From Nitrospirota bacterium (GTDB lineage Bacteria; Nitrospirota; Thermodesulfovibrionia; Thermodesulfovibrionales; JdFR-86), in assembly GCA_963721805.1 (NCBI GenBank), contig CAVRJY010000001.1:1483166-1547165 (forward strand): DNA of 64,000 nt, written 5' to 3'. The stretch's first letter is position 1. Each line of letters begins with the position of its first letter. The position numbers and the translations under genes were made by a program. The notes under the pieces were generated by a model. The model was not told where the DNA came from, did not search any database, and saw nothing but the letters and a program-made list of their open reading frames with translations. This document shows, in pieces, positions 1-9,047 of the stretch.

Positions 1-723
1 TGCGCCCCGGTCGTCGTCCAGGGCCGCATAATCGGGGTCATCGAGCTGATCAACCGGATCGGGCGGGAGAGCTTCGACGGGAGCGACCTGGTCCTGCTGG
101 AGATCTTCGCCGGATACACCGGCACGCTGATAGAAAACGCCCTCTCGGCGCGCGCCTTCAAGGAGATGTCGAGGCGCGACAATCTCACGGACCTCTACAA
201 CGACCGATACTTCTTCCACGCCCTTAAGTTTGAGATCGTGCGCGCGCTCGAGACCGGCGGCGACGTCTCGCTCGTGTTTTTCGACCTCGACCACTTCAAG
301 ACGGTCAACGACACGTTCGGCCACATGGCCGGAAGCCGCGTTCTGAAGGAGGTGGCGGACGTCCTGCGCGGGGTCTTCACGCGGGGCGACGAGGTCATGG
401 CCCGCTACGGGGGCGACGAGTACGTCGTGGTGCTTCCGGGCTCGGGCATCCGCGATGCGGCCGCGATGGCAGAGCGCATGAGGGCCGCGATATCCGGCTT
501 CACCTTCATAAAGCAGCCGGGCGGCCACGGCGAGTTCCCGCTCGACATATCTGACCTGATAACGTGCAGCGCGGGCGTGGCATCGCTGCGCCACAACCTC
601 TCGGCCTCCTGGACCCCTGAACAGATGGTCGACGACCTCATAAGAAAGGCGGACCGCGCGATGTACGAATCGAAGGAAAACGGCAAGGACCGCGTCACGG
701 TCTCGGGCGAGCATACCCTATGA
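1..723 (+). CDS. GAF-GGDEF diguanylate cyclase-family protein, 5'-partial; carries the Hypr/GacA-type signature
   Basis: Frame 1 is open from base 1 (CAPVVVQGRIIGVIELINR = GAF C-terminus), then DNLTDLYN, DLDHFKTVNDTFGHMAGS, RYGGDEY and ADRAMYESKENGKDR. Confidence 0.9.
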   Translation, partial: CAPVVVQGRIIGVIELINRIGRESFDGSDLVLLEIFAGYTGTLIENALSARAFKEMSRRDNLTDLYNDRYFFHALKFEIVRALETGGDVSLVFFDLDHFKTVNDTFGHMAGSRVLKEVADVLRGVFTRGDEVMARYGGDEYVVVLPGSGIRDAAAMAERMRAAISGFTFIKQPGGHGEFPLDISDLITCSAGVASLRHNLSASWTPEQMVDDLIRKADRAMYESKENGKDRVTVSGEHTL

Positions 724-1694
724 GCCATATGAGGGCGCTGCTGTTCGATGGCGTGCTGAACGTAAAGTCCGGCTATCCTGTGCCTGTGCCGGCGGCCGGC
801 GAGGCGCTCGTGAGGGTGAGGGTAGCTGGCATCTGCAACACCGACCTCGAGATCACGCGAGGCTACATGGACTTCAAGGGCGTGCTCGGCCACGAGTTCG
901 TGGGGGTGGTGGAGCGCGGCGAGGGCCGCGCCTCTGCTCTCGCGGGCCGCCGCGTGGTCGGCGAGATCAACATCGGCTGCGGGAGCTGCCACGCCTGCCT
1001 TGCCGGGTTCGCAACGCACTGCGCACGGCGCGATGTCCTGGGCATCCTCGCCAAGGACGGGGCGATGGCCGATTACCTCACCCTGCCCGCCGGCAACCTG
1101 ATCGAGGTCCCCGAGGGCGTGAGCGACGAGGAGGCGGTCTTCACCGAGCCGCTCGCGGCCGCGTTCGAGATCATCGAGCAGGTGCACGTCAGGCCCACCG
1201 CGCGCGTGCTCGTGATGGGCGACGGCAAACTCGGCCTGCTGTGCGCGATGGCGCTCGCAACTACAAGGGCCGAGGTATCGGTGCTAGGCCACCATGCGCA
1301 CAAGCTCGCTATCGCGAGCCGTCTCGGCATGGCTACCTATACCCTGCCTGAGGACGCAGGCGGACGGTCATATGATATAGTTATCGAAGCGACCGGCTCG
1401 GCCGGAGGGCTGGGCACCGCGCTCGGGCTCGTGAGGCCGCGCGGCACCGTCGTTTTAAAGAGCACGGTCGCCGCATCGGCCGATATGAACCTCGCCCCGA
1501 TAGTGATAGACGAGATCACGGTAGTGGGCTCGCGCTGCGGCCCGTTTCAGCCCGCACTGAGGGCGATAGCATCGGGCGCCGTGGACGTGATGCCGCTTTT
1601 GGGCGGCATATACAGGATCGAAGATTCGCTTGAGGCGTTCAGCGCCGCATCCGGTCGCGACGCGCTCAAGATCCTGATCGACCTTCGAGGATAA
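720..1694 (+). CDS. Zn-dependent alcohol dehydrogenase (MDR family)
   Basis: GICNTD, GHEFVG, CGSCHAC..C structural Zn site, GDGKLG Rossmann motif; ATGA overlap with the upstream stop. Confidence 0.9.
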   Translation: MSHMRALLFDGVLNVKSGYPVPVPAAGEALVRVRVAGICNTDLEITRGYMDFKGVLGHEFVGVVERGEGRASALAGRRVVGEINIGCGSCHACLAGFATHCARRDVLGILAKDGAMADYLTLPAGNLIEVPEGVSDEEAVFTEPLAAAFEIIEQVHVRPTARVLVMGDGKLGLLCAMALATTRAEVSVLGHHAHKLAIASRLGMATYTLPEDAGGRSYDIVIEATGSAGGLGTALGLVRPRGTVVLKSTVAASADMNLAPIVIDEITVVGSRCGPFQPALRAIASGAVDVMPLLGGIYRIEDSLEAFSAASGRDALKILIDLRG

Positions 1695-1706
1695 GGAGGC
1701 TGCACC

Positions 1707-2753
1707 ATGAGCGTAAAACTCACACAGCTCGCGAGCTGCTCCGGCTGAGCGGCCAAATACAGTCCTCGCGACCTGTACCACGTGCTGGCACAGCTTCCAA
1801 AATTCTCCGACCCAAACATCCTCGTCGGCTCGGCCAACGCCGACGACGCGGGCGTCTATCGCCTCTCGGATGACCTCGCGCTGGTGTTGACCGCCGACTT
1901 CTTCACCCCGATAGTGGACGACCCTTACGCCTTCGGCGCCATAGCCGCCGCAAACGCGCTCTCCGACGTTTGGGCGATGGGCGGCCGGGCGATCACCGCC
2001 CTGAACGTCGCGATGTTCCCGGCCGGGCCGGTCTACGCCCCGATACTTATAGAGGTCATGCGCGGGGGCATCGAGAAGATGGCCGAGGCCGGAGTCGGCA
2101 TCATCGGCGGCCACACGATCAAGGACAAGGAGCCCAAGTTCGGCTTCGCCGTGACGGGCCTCATTCATCCAAAAAATATACACGACAACACGATGGCGAG
2201 GCCCGGCGACGCGATGATACTCACCAAGAAGATCGGAACCGGCATCGTGGCCACCGGGATCAAGAGCGACAAGGCCCGCCCCGAAGCTATCGCCGAGGCC
2301 ATAGGCTCGATGAGCAGCCTTAACAAACGGGCGAGCGAGATCATGGTCGAGGTTGGCGTGAGCACCGCGACCGACATAACCGGCTTCGGCCTGATCGGGC
2401 ACATGCACGAGGTGCTCGCCGCAAGCGGCCGCACGGCGCGCGTATACAGCCGGAGCGTCCCGTATTTCGATGAAGCGTTAAGGCTCCTGGCGATGGGCAT
2501 CGCGCCGGGCGGCACGAAGGAAAACGTCACGACGTTCGAGAAGTACGTCCAGTGGGGCCATGGGGTCACCGAACAGGACATGCTGCTGCTTTGCGACGCG
2601 CAGACCTCGGGCGGGCTGCTGATATTCGTCCCGCAGGGCAGGAAGAACGAGCTCGTCTCGGCCCTGCAGTCCGAGGGCATCCTCGCAGCACACGTCGGGG
2701 ACGTCCTGGACGCCCCGGCCAGTGGCGACAGGAAGATCTTCGTCGAGACCTAG
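1707..2753 (+). CDS. selD: Selenide, water dikinase (selenophosphate synthetase), selenocysteine-containing
   Basis: AAGGAGG then ATG1707 reads MSVKLTQLASCSG-TGA(1746-1748)-AAKY in frame with ORF 1782..2753; DDAGVY, DFFTP, NALSD, GGHT, TDITGFGL and DAQTSGGLL motifs. Confidence 0.93.
1758..1777 (+). promoter_or_regulatory. Candidate bacterial SECIS hairpin
   Basis: TACA-GTC[CTCGC]GAC-C-TGTA stem-loop starting 10 nt after the in-frame TGA. Confidence 0.55.
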
Positions 2754-2921
2754 CAGCCCTACCCCGCTTCGCGGTTTAGCGTTCGCCTCGCCCCGCCACA
2801 GCCCCATAGCCAATCCGCATCTTAATCATGCGCATCAACTGGTTTGAATAATCATTGTATATAGACTTATCATAATATCAAGCGCCAGAAGCCGGTCCGT
2901 ATGCCGGCAATGAGGGATAAT

Positions 2922-3686
2922 ATGAAGGCATATCTTATATCTATGATCGCAATAATTGTTTTATTGAGCTGCAAGGCGGCTGAACAGCCATCTTTCATCG
3001 ACCCCGCCACCGGCATGGAGTTCGTGAAGGTCAGTGGCGGATGTTATCAGATGGGGGACACATTCGGAGACGGCGAGCTTGACGAGCGCCCCGTCCACAA
3101 GGTCTGCGTTGGAGATTTCGATCTCGGCAAGTTCGAGGTGACCCAGAAGCAGTGGCGGGATGTGATGGGAGAAAACCCCTCCGAGTTCAGTCAGTGCGGC
3201 GGGGATTGTCCGGTGGAAAACGTAAGCTGGGACGATGCGCAGGATTTTATAGCCGCGATCAACAGGAAATACGGCGTGCGATACCGGCTCCCGACAGAGG
3301 CCGAATGGGAGTATGCGGCCCGCAGCGGCGGCAGGCGTGACAGGTACTCAGGGACTAGCAAAGAAGCCGCGGTCGAAGACTATGCCTGGGTCGCGAGCAA
3401 TTCCGAAGGCCATACGCATCCGGTGGGGGCCAAGAAACCTAACGGGCTGGGATTATATGACATGAGCGGTAACGTCTGGGAGTGGACCGGGGATTGCTAT
3501 GATGACGGCTACTATCAGCATAGCCCGGTGGATAACCCGGCGGGTCCGCCCACATGCCTCAGACGGGTGTTTCGGGGGGGCTCGTGGTTTCGGTATCCTG
3601 CGGATGTACGCGCGTCTCTGCGCAGCAACTATGCGCCAGATGTCAGACGCAGCAGTTTCGGGCTCCGCATGCTGAGAATGAAGTGA
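2922..3686 (+). CDS. FGE-sulfatase/SUMF1-domain lipoprotein
   Basis: LLSC lipobox; YQMG, P.H.V, EVT, RLPTEAEWEYAAR, NGLGLYDMSGNVWEW, RGGSW; GAGGG upstream of ATG2922. Confidence 0.88.
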   Translation: MKAYLISMIAIIVLLSCKAAEQPSFIDPATGMEFVKVSGGCYQMGDTFGDGELDERPVHKVCVGDFDLGKFEVTQKQWRDVMGENPSEFSQCGGDCPVENVSWDDAQDFIAAINRKYGVRYRLPTEAEWEYAARSGGRRDRYSGTSKEAAVEDYAWVASNSEGHTHPVGAKKPNGLGLYDMSGNVWEWTGDCYDDGYYQHSPVDNPAGPPTCLRRVFRGGSWFRYPADVRASLRSNYAPDVRRSSFGLRMLRMK

Positions 3687-3781
3687 TCCTCTGGGTCACG
3701 GCCACGGTCAGCATCGGGCTCACCGTCTACTCCCTGCTTATATGAAGCCATACAGCCAATAATACGCGCTATAATAATCAC

Positions 3782-4231
3782 ATGAGCATCGTCCTCGTCA
3801 GCGCCTGTCTCGCCGGCTATCCGTGCAGGTATGACCGCACCCACCGCTTAAACGAAAAGGTCCGCGCCATGGTGCGCGAGGGCCTCGCGGTGCCGATATG
3901 CCCCGAGCAGCTGGCCGGGCTCGGCGCCCCCCGGATGAAGATCGAGTTCGACTCGGAGGGCGGCGGCGCGGCCGTGCTGGACGGCCTCGGAGGAGCGCAT
4001 TTCGAGGACGGCACGGACTGCACGGTCGTGCTTATGAGGGCCGCCGATGAGGTGCTGCGCCTGGCTAAGTTATACGGGGCCACCGGGGCCGTGCTTAAGG
4101 ACGGCAGCCCGTCGTGCGGGGTGACATACGTCTATACCGGCGGCAGGCGGGTGCCTGGCCGGGGCACGGCTGCCGAGCGCCTCAGGCGGGAAGGCATAGA
4201 GGTGCGGGGCGTTGATACCCTTCAGGAGTGA
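3782..4231 (+). CDS. DUF523/YbbK (2-thiouracil desulfurase-like) protein
   Basis: VSACLAG.PCRYD, CPE..AGLG.PR and LKDGSPSCG motifs. Confidence 0.88.
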   Translation: MSIVLVSACLAGYPCRYDRTHRLNEKVRAMVREGLAVPICPEQLAGLGAPRMKIEFDSEGGGAAVLDGLGGAHFEDGTDCTVVLMRAADEVLRLAKLYGATGAVLKDGSPSCGVTYVYTGGRRVPGRGTAAERLRREGIEVRGVDTLQE

Positions 4232-4883
4232 CGTCCGCTCGCGTACGTTTCCGTATTTCACAATCGGGATAATCGCGCTAAACGTGGCTGTGTTCGTGTT
4301 TTCGCTATATGCCGGGATCGAGCCGGTGACGATGCTGTTCGGCGCGGTCCCGCTGGCCCTCATGTCCCACGTGAGCCCCCAGCCGATAAGCCCCCTGGCG
4401 ACCGTCTTCACCTCCATGTTCCTGCACGCGGGGTTTCTGCACATCGGGGGCAACATGCTCTATCTGTGGATTTTCGGCGGCAATGTCGAAGACAGGATGG
4501 GCCACATGAGGTTCCTCGCCTTTTACCTCAGCGGCGGGATAGCGGCTGCGTATTCGCACGCGATCTTAAACGCGACCTCCACGATGCCGATGGTAGGCGC
4601 GAGCGGGGCGATATCGGCGGTGCTCGGGGCTTACATTTATCTATATCCCCGCGCCCGCATAGACACGCTGGTATTCCTGGGGTTCTTCTTCCAGATCATA
4701 CGGCTGCCCGCCTTGATAGTTATCGGGGTTTGGTTTATTATACAGGTCATCAGCGGGATGCTCTCTAGCGCGGCTAGTGAAGGCAGCATGGGCGGCGTTG
4801 CCTGGTTCGCCCACATAGGGGGCTTTCTCTACGGCCTGATCACCGTATTTATCTTCGTGCCTGGAAGGAGGCGCTTGGCGTGA
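4212..4883 (+). CDS. Rhomboid family intramembrane serine protease
   Basis: SMFLHAG..HIGGNM, GASGAI and AHIGGF motifs; TTG start. Confidence 0.92.
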   Translation: MIPFRSDVRSRTFPYFTIGIIALNVAVFVFSLYAGIEPVTMLFGAVPLALMSHVSPQPISPLATVFTSMFLHAGFLHIGGNMLYLWIFGGNVEDRMGHMRFLAFYLSGGIAAAYSHAILNATSTMPMVGASGAISAVLGAYIYLYPRARIDTLVFLGFFFQIIRLPALIVIGVWFIIQVISGMLSSAASEGSMGGVAWFAHIGGFLYGLITVFIFVPGRRRLA

Positions 4884-5776
4884 TTATTGTCTGCCCTCGG
4901 TGCCAGACCAAACTCAGGATTCCTGACGAAAAGATTAAGCCCGAGGGCTCGAAGTTCAAGTGCCCGAAGTGCCCGGCCGTGCTGAATATCAGGAGGCCCG
5001 CGGCTCATGCGCCCGCGCCCGAGGCCCTCTCAGAGCCCGTGATCGAGCAAAAGATCCCGGTAGTGGCCCCGCCGGCGGCCGCAGCGCCCGCGCTCGCTCC
5101 GCACACGGTCCTCGTGGCGCACGAAAACGAGACGGCCGCGCGCGATGCCGAGTCCGCGCTTGCTGCGCTGGGGTTCTCTGTCCTCAGGGCGAGCGACGGG
5201 GTGCAGGCGATGATAGCCGCTCTGAAGGGCAGGCCATCGGTCGTGCTCGCGGATCCCGCGCTGCCGAAGATTGGCGGCTTCGACCTGGCCAGGACCATGA
5301 AAGAACGCCCTGAACTCAGGGGCATAAAAGTCGCGATCATCAGTTCGTCCAGGGACTACCGGCGCGCCCGGCGAAACCCGCAGGTCTCGGCCGATATCGA
5401 CGCGTATATCGACGAGGACGAACTGGCGTCCGGGATGGGCGCGATGCTGCGCACTACGCTGTCTGTCGAGATGCCCCCGGCCCCGCCACCGGTACAGCAG
5501 GAAATAACCCCTGCCGCCGAGGAAAGCGACGCGGAGAAACGCGCGAGGCGGCTCGTCCGCACTGTGTTTTCCGACATAGCGCTCTATAACCCGGAGAAGC
5601 TCGTGGACGCCCTCCGCACCAACACCTTCGCGCAACTCTTCGAGGAGGACATCAGGGAGGGCTATAAGCACTACGTAAGCCGAGTGCCCGACGACGTCCG
5701 CAAGCGGAGAGACTACTTCAAGGAAACCATGGACGATTTCATCGCCACGAAGAAACACGCCCTGGGCATCGAGTAA
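4880..5776 (+). CDS. Zinc-ribbon (MJ0042-type) plus atypical receiver-domain protein
   Basis: CPRC..CPKC N-terminus, Pro/Ala linker, REC-like core, C-terminal ARRLVRTVFSDIALYN helical domain. Confidence 0.75.
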   Translation: MIIVCPRCQTKLRIPDEKIKPEGSKFKCPKCPAVLNIRRPAAHAPAPEALSEPVIEQKIPVVAPPAAAAPALAPHTVLVAHENETAARDAESALAALGFSVLRASDGVQAMIAALKGRPSVVLADPALPKIGGFDLARTMKERPELRGIKVAIISSSRDYRRARRNPQVSADIDAYIDEDELASGMGAMLRTTLSVEMPPAPPPVQQEITPAAEESDAEKRARRLVRTVFSDIALYNPEKLVDALRTNTFAQLFEEDIREGYKHYVSRVPDDVRKRRDYFKETMDDFIATKKHALGIE

Positions 5777-5966
5777 CAAGCCACCGCATCCCCCCAGGAA
5801 GTATTTTAAAAAAGGCTGCCTCACCCGACCGTTTTCGGGCTTCCCATGCCTCACCACATAAAGTGAAATTTCCACATGACAACCTGCGCATTTCGGTGTA
5901 CTATCTGGCTAATCGGCAAAGCAAGCCCCTTGAGGGCTGCAAATTAAAGCCTCAAAGGAGATATCT

Positions 5967-6608
5967 ATGATGAAAGCTTTATCGGCACTGGCACTGGTTT
6001 TGATGTTCCTATTCGCGACGGGCTGCGCCTGCATCAGCCATGACTGCAGGGCTGGTATAGACGACGGCAAGGTCGTATGCAAAACCCTTAATGACTGCGG
6101 CGTCTGCAACGCGCCCACGTGCGAAAAGACCGTCTGCCCGGACTGCCCGACTTGTCCGCCTCCGCCTGCTTGTCCTGTTCAGGCCGCATGCCCGCCCCCG
6201 CCTCCTGTGTCGCACGAACCCTTAGCCACATGCGCGGACATCCCGGACATGAACATATACTTCGATACCAACAAGTACGATCTCGTGACAACGGGCGACG
6301 CGAAGCCGAACGAGAACACGGCCACCCTCGACAAGATCGTCGATAGCCTCAAAAATCCGGACGACGAGATGCTCGGCGTATTTATCGCGAGCCGTTGCGA
6401 CGAACGCGGCTCGATCGAGCTCAACCACAAGCTCGGCGAGAACCGCGCCATGAGCGTCAGAAAATACCTCATGGACAAAGGCATCTCCGAAAACAGGATC
6501 AAGATCATCAACAGCGGCAAGGAAAGCCCTCTCTGCCCGGAGAAGACCAGGGAGTGCTACCAGATAAACAGAAGCGCGGCTATATACTGGTTTAAACTGC
6601 ACAATTAA
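5967..6608 (+). CDS. OmpA/Pal-family lipoprotein with Cys/Pro-rich N-terminus
   Basis: ATGC lipobox; IYFD, CDERGS..LN..LGENRA..VRKYL OmpA C-domain. Confidence 0.85.
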   Translation: MMKALSALALVLMFLFATGCACISHDCRAGIDDGKVVCKTLNDCGVCNAPTCEKTVCPDCPTCPPPPACPVQAACPPPPPVSHEPLATCADIPDMNIYFDTNKYDLVTTGDAKPNENTATLDKIVDSLKNPDDEMLGVFIASRCDERGSIELNHKLGENRAMSVRKYLMDKGISENRIKIINSGKESPLCPEKTRECYQINRSAAIYWFKLHN

Positions 6609-6620
6609 TCAAAGCCGACG

Positions 6621-6659
6621 GGGGCTCCCGGCGTACTCGCCGGGGGCCTCTTTTTTTTT
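6621..6659 (+). terminator. Rho-independent terminator
   Basis: GGGGCTCCCGGCG-TACT-CGCCGGGGGCCTC followed by T9. Confidence 0.9.
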
Positions 6660-6798
6660 GCGGTCCCACGGGTTGCACGTTCACTCTATCCGGATGATTT
6701 TCCGCGGGACTTTCTCAGCGTTTGGGTGTAATATCTTCTCTATCGGCACGGCACGCCCATGGGGGCGGAAAATAAATATTCAAACAGGAGGGATTTAA

Positions 6799-7326
6799 AT
6801 GAGAGCTTCAGCAGCACTGATCGTGGTGATGTTCGCTATTGCACTGGGTTGCGTATGCGTCAATCCGAGCCTCAAGACATGCGAAAAACCGGGCCCTGGC
6901 AGTATGGCCCCGGCAGCGCAGCCGCCTAAGGCTCCTGAAATGGCGAAGACCATGCCGGCCTGCCCGGTGGATGAGCTGGAGAGCCTCCAGGCGACGCTCA
7001 AGGACGTCCGGTTCGATTACAACAAATACGAGATCCTGAAGAGCGACGTACCCAAGCTCAAGACCCTCGCAAAGATCCTCACAGAACACCCGGAACTGGG
7101 CGTAAGGATCGAGGGCAATTGCGACGAACGCGGCACCGAAGAGTATAACCTCGCGCTCGGCGTCAAGCGCGCAAATGCGGCAAAAGATTACCTGACTGAA
7201 AAGCTCGGCGTCCCCGAGATGAAGATAAGGACCTCGAGCAACGGGAAGGACAAACCGATCTGCGAGGAGCATAACGAAAAGTGCTGGGCCAAGAACCGCA
7301 GGGACGAACTTATCCTCACTCAATAA
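6799..7326 (+). CDS. Peptidoglycan-associated lipoprotein (Pal/OmpA family)
   Basis: ALGC lipobox; VRFDY, IEGNCDERGTEEYNLALG.KRA and WAKNRR motifs. Confidence 0.88.
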   Translation: MRASAALIVVMFAIALGCVCVNPSLKTCEKPGPGSMAPAAQPPKAPEMAKTMPACPVDELESLQATLKDVRFDYNKYEILKSDVPKLKTLAKILTEHPELGVRIEGNCDERGTEEYNLALGVKRANAAKDYLTEKLGVPEMKIRTSSNGKDKPICEEHNEKCWAKNRRDELILTQ

Positions 7327-7334
7327 TGAATCCA

Positions 7335-7365
7335 TCCAGGGCCCCCGCCATACACGGGGGCCCTG
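7335..7365 (+). terminator. Strong hairpin after the pal-like gene (possible terminator)
   Basis: CCAGGGCCCCCG-N7-CGGGGGCCCTGG perfect 12-bp stem; no U-tract. Confidence 0.55.
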
Positions 7366-7631
7366 GAATGCCTAAATAAGCCTTTGCCCAAGGGGCGCGG
7401 AGGCCTACAGTGACGTATGTTGACGACGAGGCCCGGTTGGCCGAGTAGTGCCGCGACGGCGCATGATGCGGCTTTGGCGCGCATCCATGCAAGCAACTGA
7501 TAAGCATTTATGGCGGTATTAGTGTTACAATGCAGTGTTGTACAAATCTAAATATTGGCGGTGCATCGAGCTGGAGAAAGAAAGAAAAACCTTTTTGGCT
7601 CTCGTTACACGGCCAGGAGGACTGACAGAGT

Positions 7632-8906
7632 ATGAGTTTTGAGGCATTCGGTTTAGACGCAAGGATTTTAGCAGGAGTAAAGCTAGCAGGCTACGAGTCT
7701 CCGACCCCCATCCAAGTGAAGTCGATCCCCGGCATTATGGAAGGCCACGACCTTATGGGCCTCGCCCAGACCGGCACGGGAAAGACAGCGGCGTTCGTGC
7801 TCCCGATGCTCCACCACATGCTGTCCGCGCATCCCTCGACGGACGGCACGGCCCGCAAGAAGATCCGGGGCCTGATCATCGCGCCGACCAGAGAGCTGGC
7901 GGAGCAGATCAACGACTCGATCAAGGAACTCGGCAAGAAGACCCCGTTTAAGAGCATGACTATCTACGGCGGCGCTTCTGCCCACAACCAGCTGAGCAAG
8001 CTGCAAAAGGGCGTGGACATCGTCGTGGCCTGCCCCGGCCGCCTGCTCGACCACATGGGACAGGGCAACGTGGACCTCACGGGCGTCGAGATGCTCGTCC
8101 TCGACGAGGCCGACAGGATGCTCGATATGGGCTTCCTGCCGGACATAACGCGGATCATCAAGCAGCTTCCGAAGAAGAGGCAGACGATGCTTTTCTCTGC
8201 CACCATGCCGGACGAGATCCGCAAGCTCACCTCGCAGCTTATGCACCTGCCCGTTACGGTGCAGGTCGACCACGGCACGCCGGCCAAGACCGTATCACAC
8301 ACGCTCTACCCCGTGGCCGAGCACCTGAAGACCTCGCTGCTGATCGCGCTGCTCCGGCAGATCGGCTCGGGCAGCGTGCTCGTCTTCACGCGCACGAAGT
8401 CGCGCACGAGGCGCATAGCCGAGCGGCTCCAGAAAGAGGGTTTTAATGCCTCCCCGCTACAGGGCGACATGACTCAGGGAAAACGCCAGGAGTCGCTTGA
8501 CGGCTTCAGGAGCGGCAAGTACCAGATACTGGTCGCGACAGACATAGCCGCCAGAGGCGTGGACGTCCTCGGCATATCGCACGTCATAAACTACGACATG
8601 CCGGATACCTCTGACGCATATACGCACCGCGTCGGCAGGACCGGGAGGGCCGAACGCTCCGGCGAGGCCATCACGCTCGTGACGATGGACGACAAGATCG
8701 CGGTGCAGAGCCTCGAGCGCAACGTCGGCATCGAGCTGATCCTGCGCGAGCTCGAGGGGTTTGACTACAACGTCGCGGCTCCGCCACGCTCCACTGCCCC
8801 GCGCCGCCCAGGCGGCGGAAGCAGGAGGCCGTCATCCGGCTCGCCGCGCGGCGGCTCTGGCGGCGGCAGGACCTCCAGCCGCGGACCCAGGCGCACCTCT
8901 TCATAA
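7632..8906 (+). CDS. rhlE: DEAD-box RNA helicase (RhlE-like)
   Basis: AQTGTGKT, PTRELA, DEAD, SAT, ARGVD and HRVGRTGR motifs; R/G/S-rich tail. Confidence 0.9.
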   Translation: MSFEAFGLDARILAGVKLAGYESPTPIQVKSIPGIMEGHDLMGLAQTGTGKTAAFVLPMLHHMLSAHPSTDGTARKKIRGLIIAPTRELAEQINDSIKELGKKTPFKSMTIYGGASAHNQLSKLQKGVDIVVACPGRLLDHMGQGNVDLTGVEMLVLDEADRMLDMGFLPDITRIIKQLPKKRQTMLFSATMPDEIRKLTSQLMHLPVTVQVDHGTPAKTVSHTLYPVAEHLKTSLLIALLRQIGSGSVLVFTRTKSRTRRIAERLQKEGFNASPLQGDMTQGKRQESLDGFRSGKYQILVATDIAARGVDVLGISHVINYDMPDTSDAYTHRVGRTGRAERSGEAITLVTMDDKIAVQSLERNVGIELILRELEGFDYNVAAPPRSTAPRRPGGGSRRPSSGSPRGGSGGGRTSSRGPRRTSS

Positions 8907-9047
8907 ACGCTGCAAGCCCGCCCTCCGCCGCGCGCGATCCCCGCGCCGGCCGCGGGCGGGCCCTCAGCATCCAGATAACAATTGACTTCCGCGCTCCCGC
9001 GCTGTGATAATAGCCATTATAATTAATGAGGGCGATAAGTAGTCTAA

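Noticed and set aside
3560..3686. DGR variable region in the FGE-sulfatase gene (also a lectin-type fold)
   Set aside because: The C-terminal codons show no clear NNC bias or A depletion, and no template repeat was seen
5911..5953. c-di-GMP-I/GEMM riboswitch upstream of the OmpA gene (GGCAAA...GCAAA resemblance)
   Set aside because: No GNRA-capped P2, no P3 or tetraloop receptor, and too little room before the RBS; kept only as an unnamed conserved leader
7555..7620. Structured thermosensor-like leader of rhlE
   Set aside because: Only loose pairing is visible by eye; it cannot be supported without folding and homolog data
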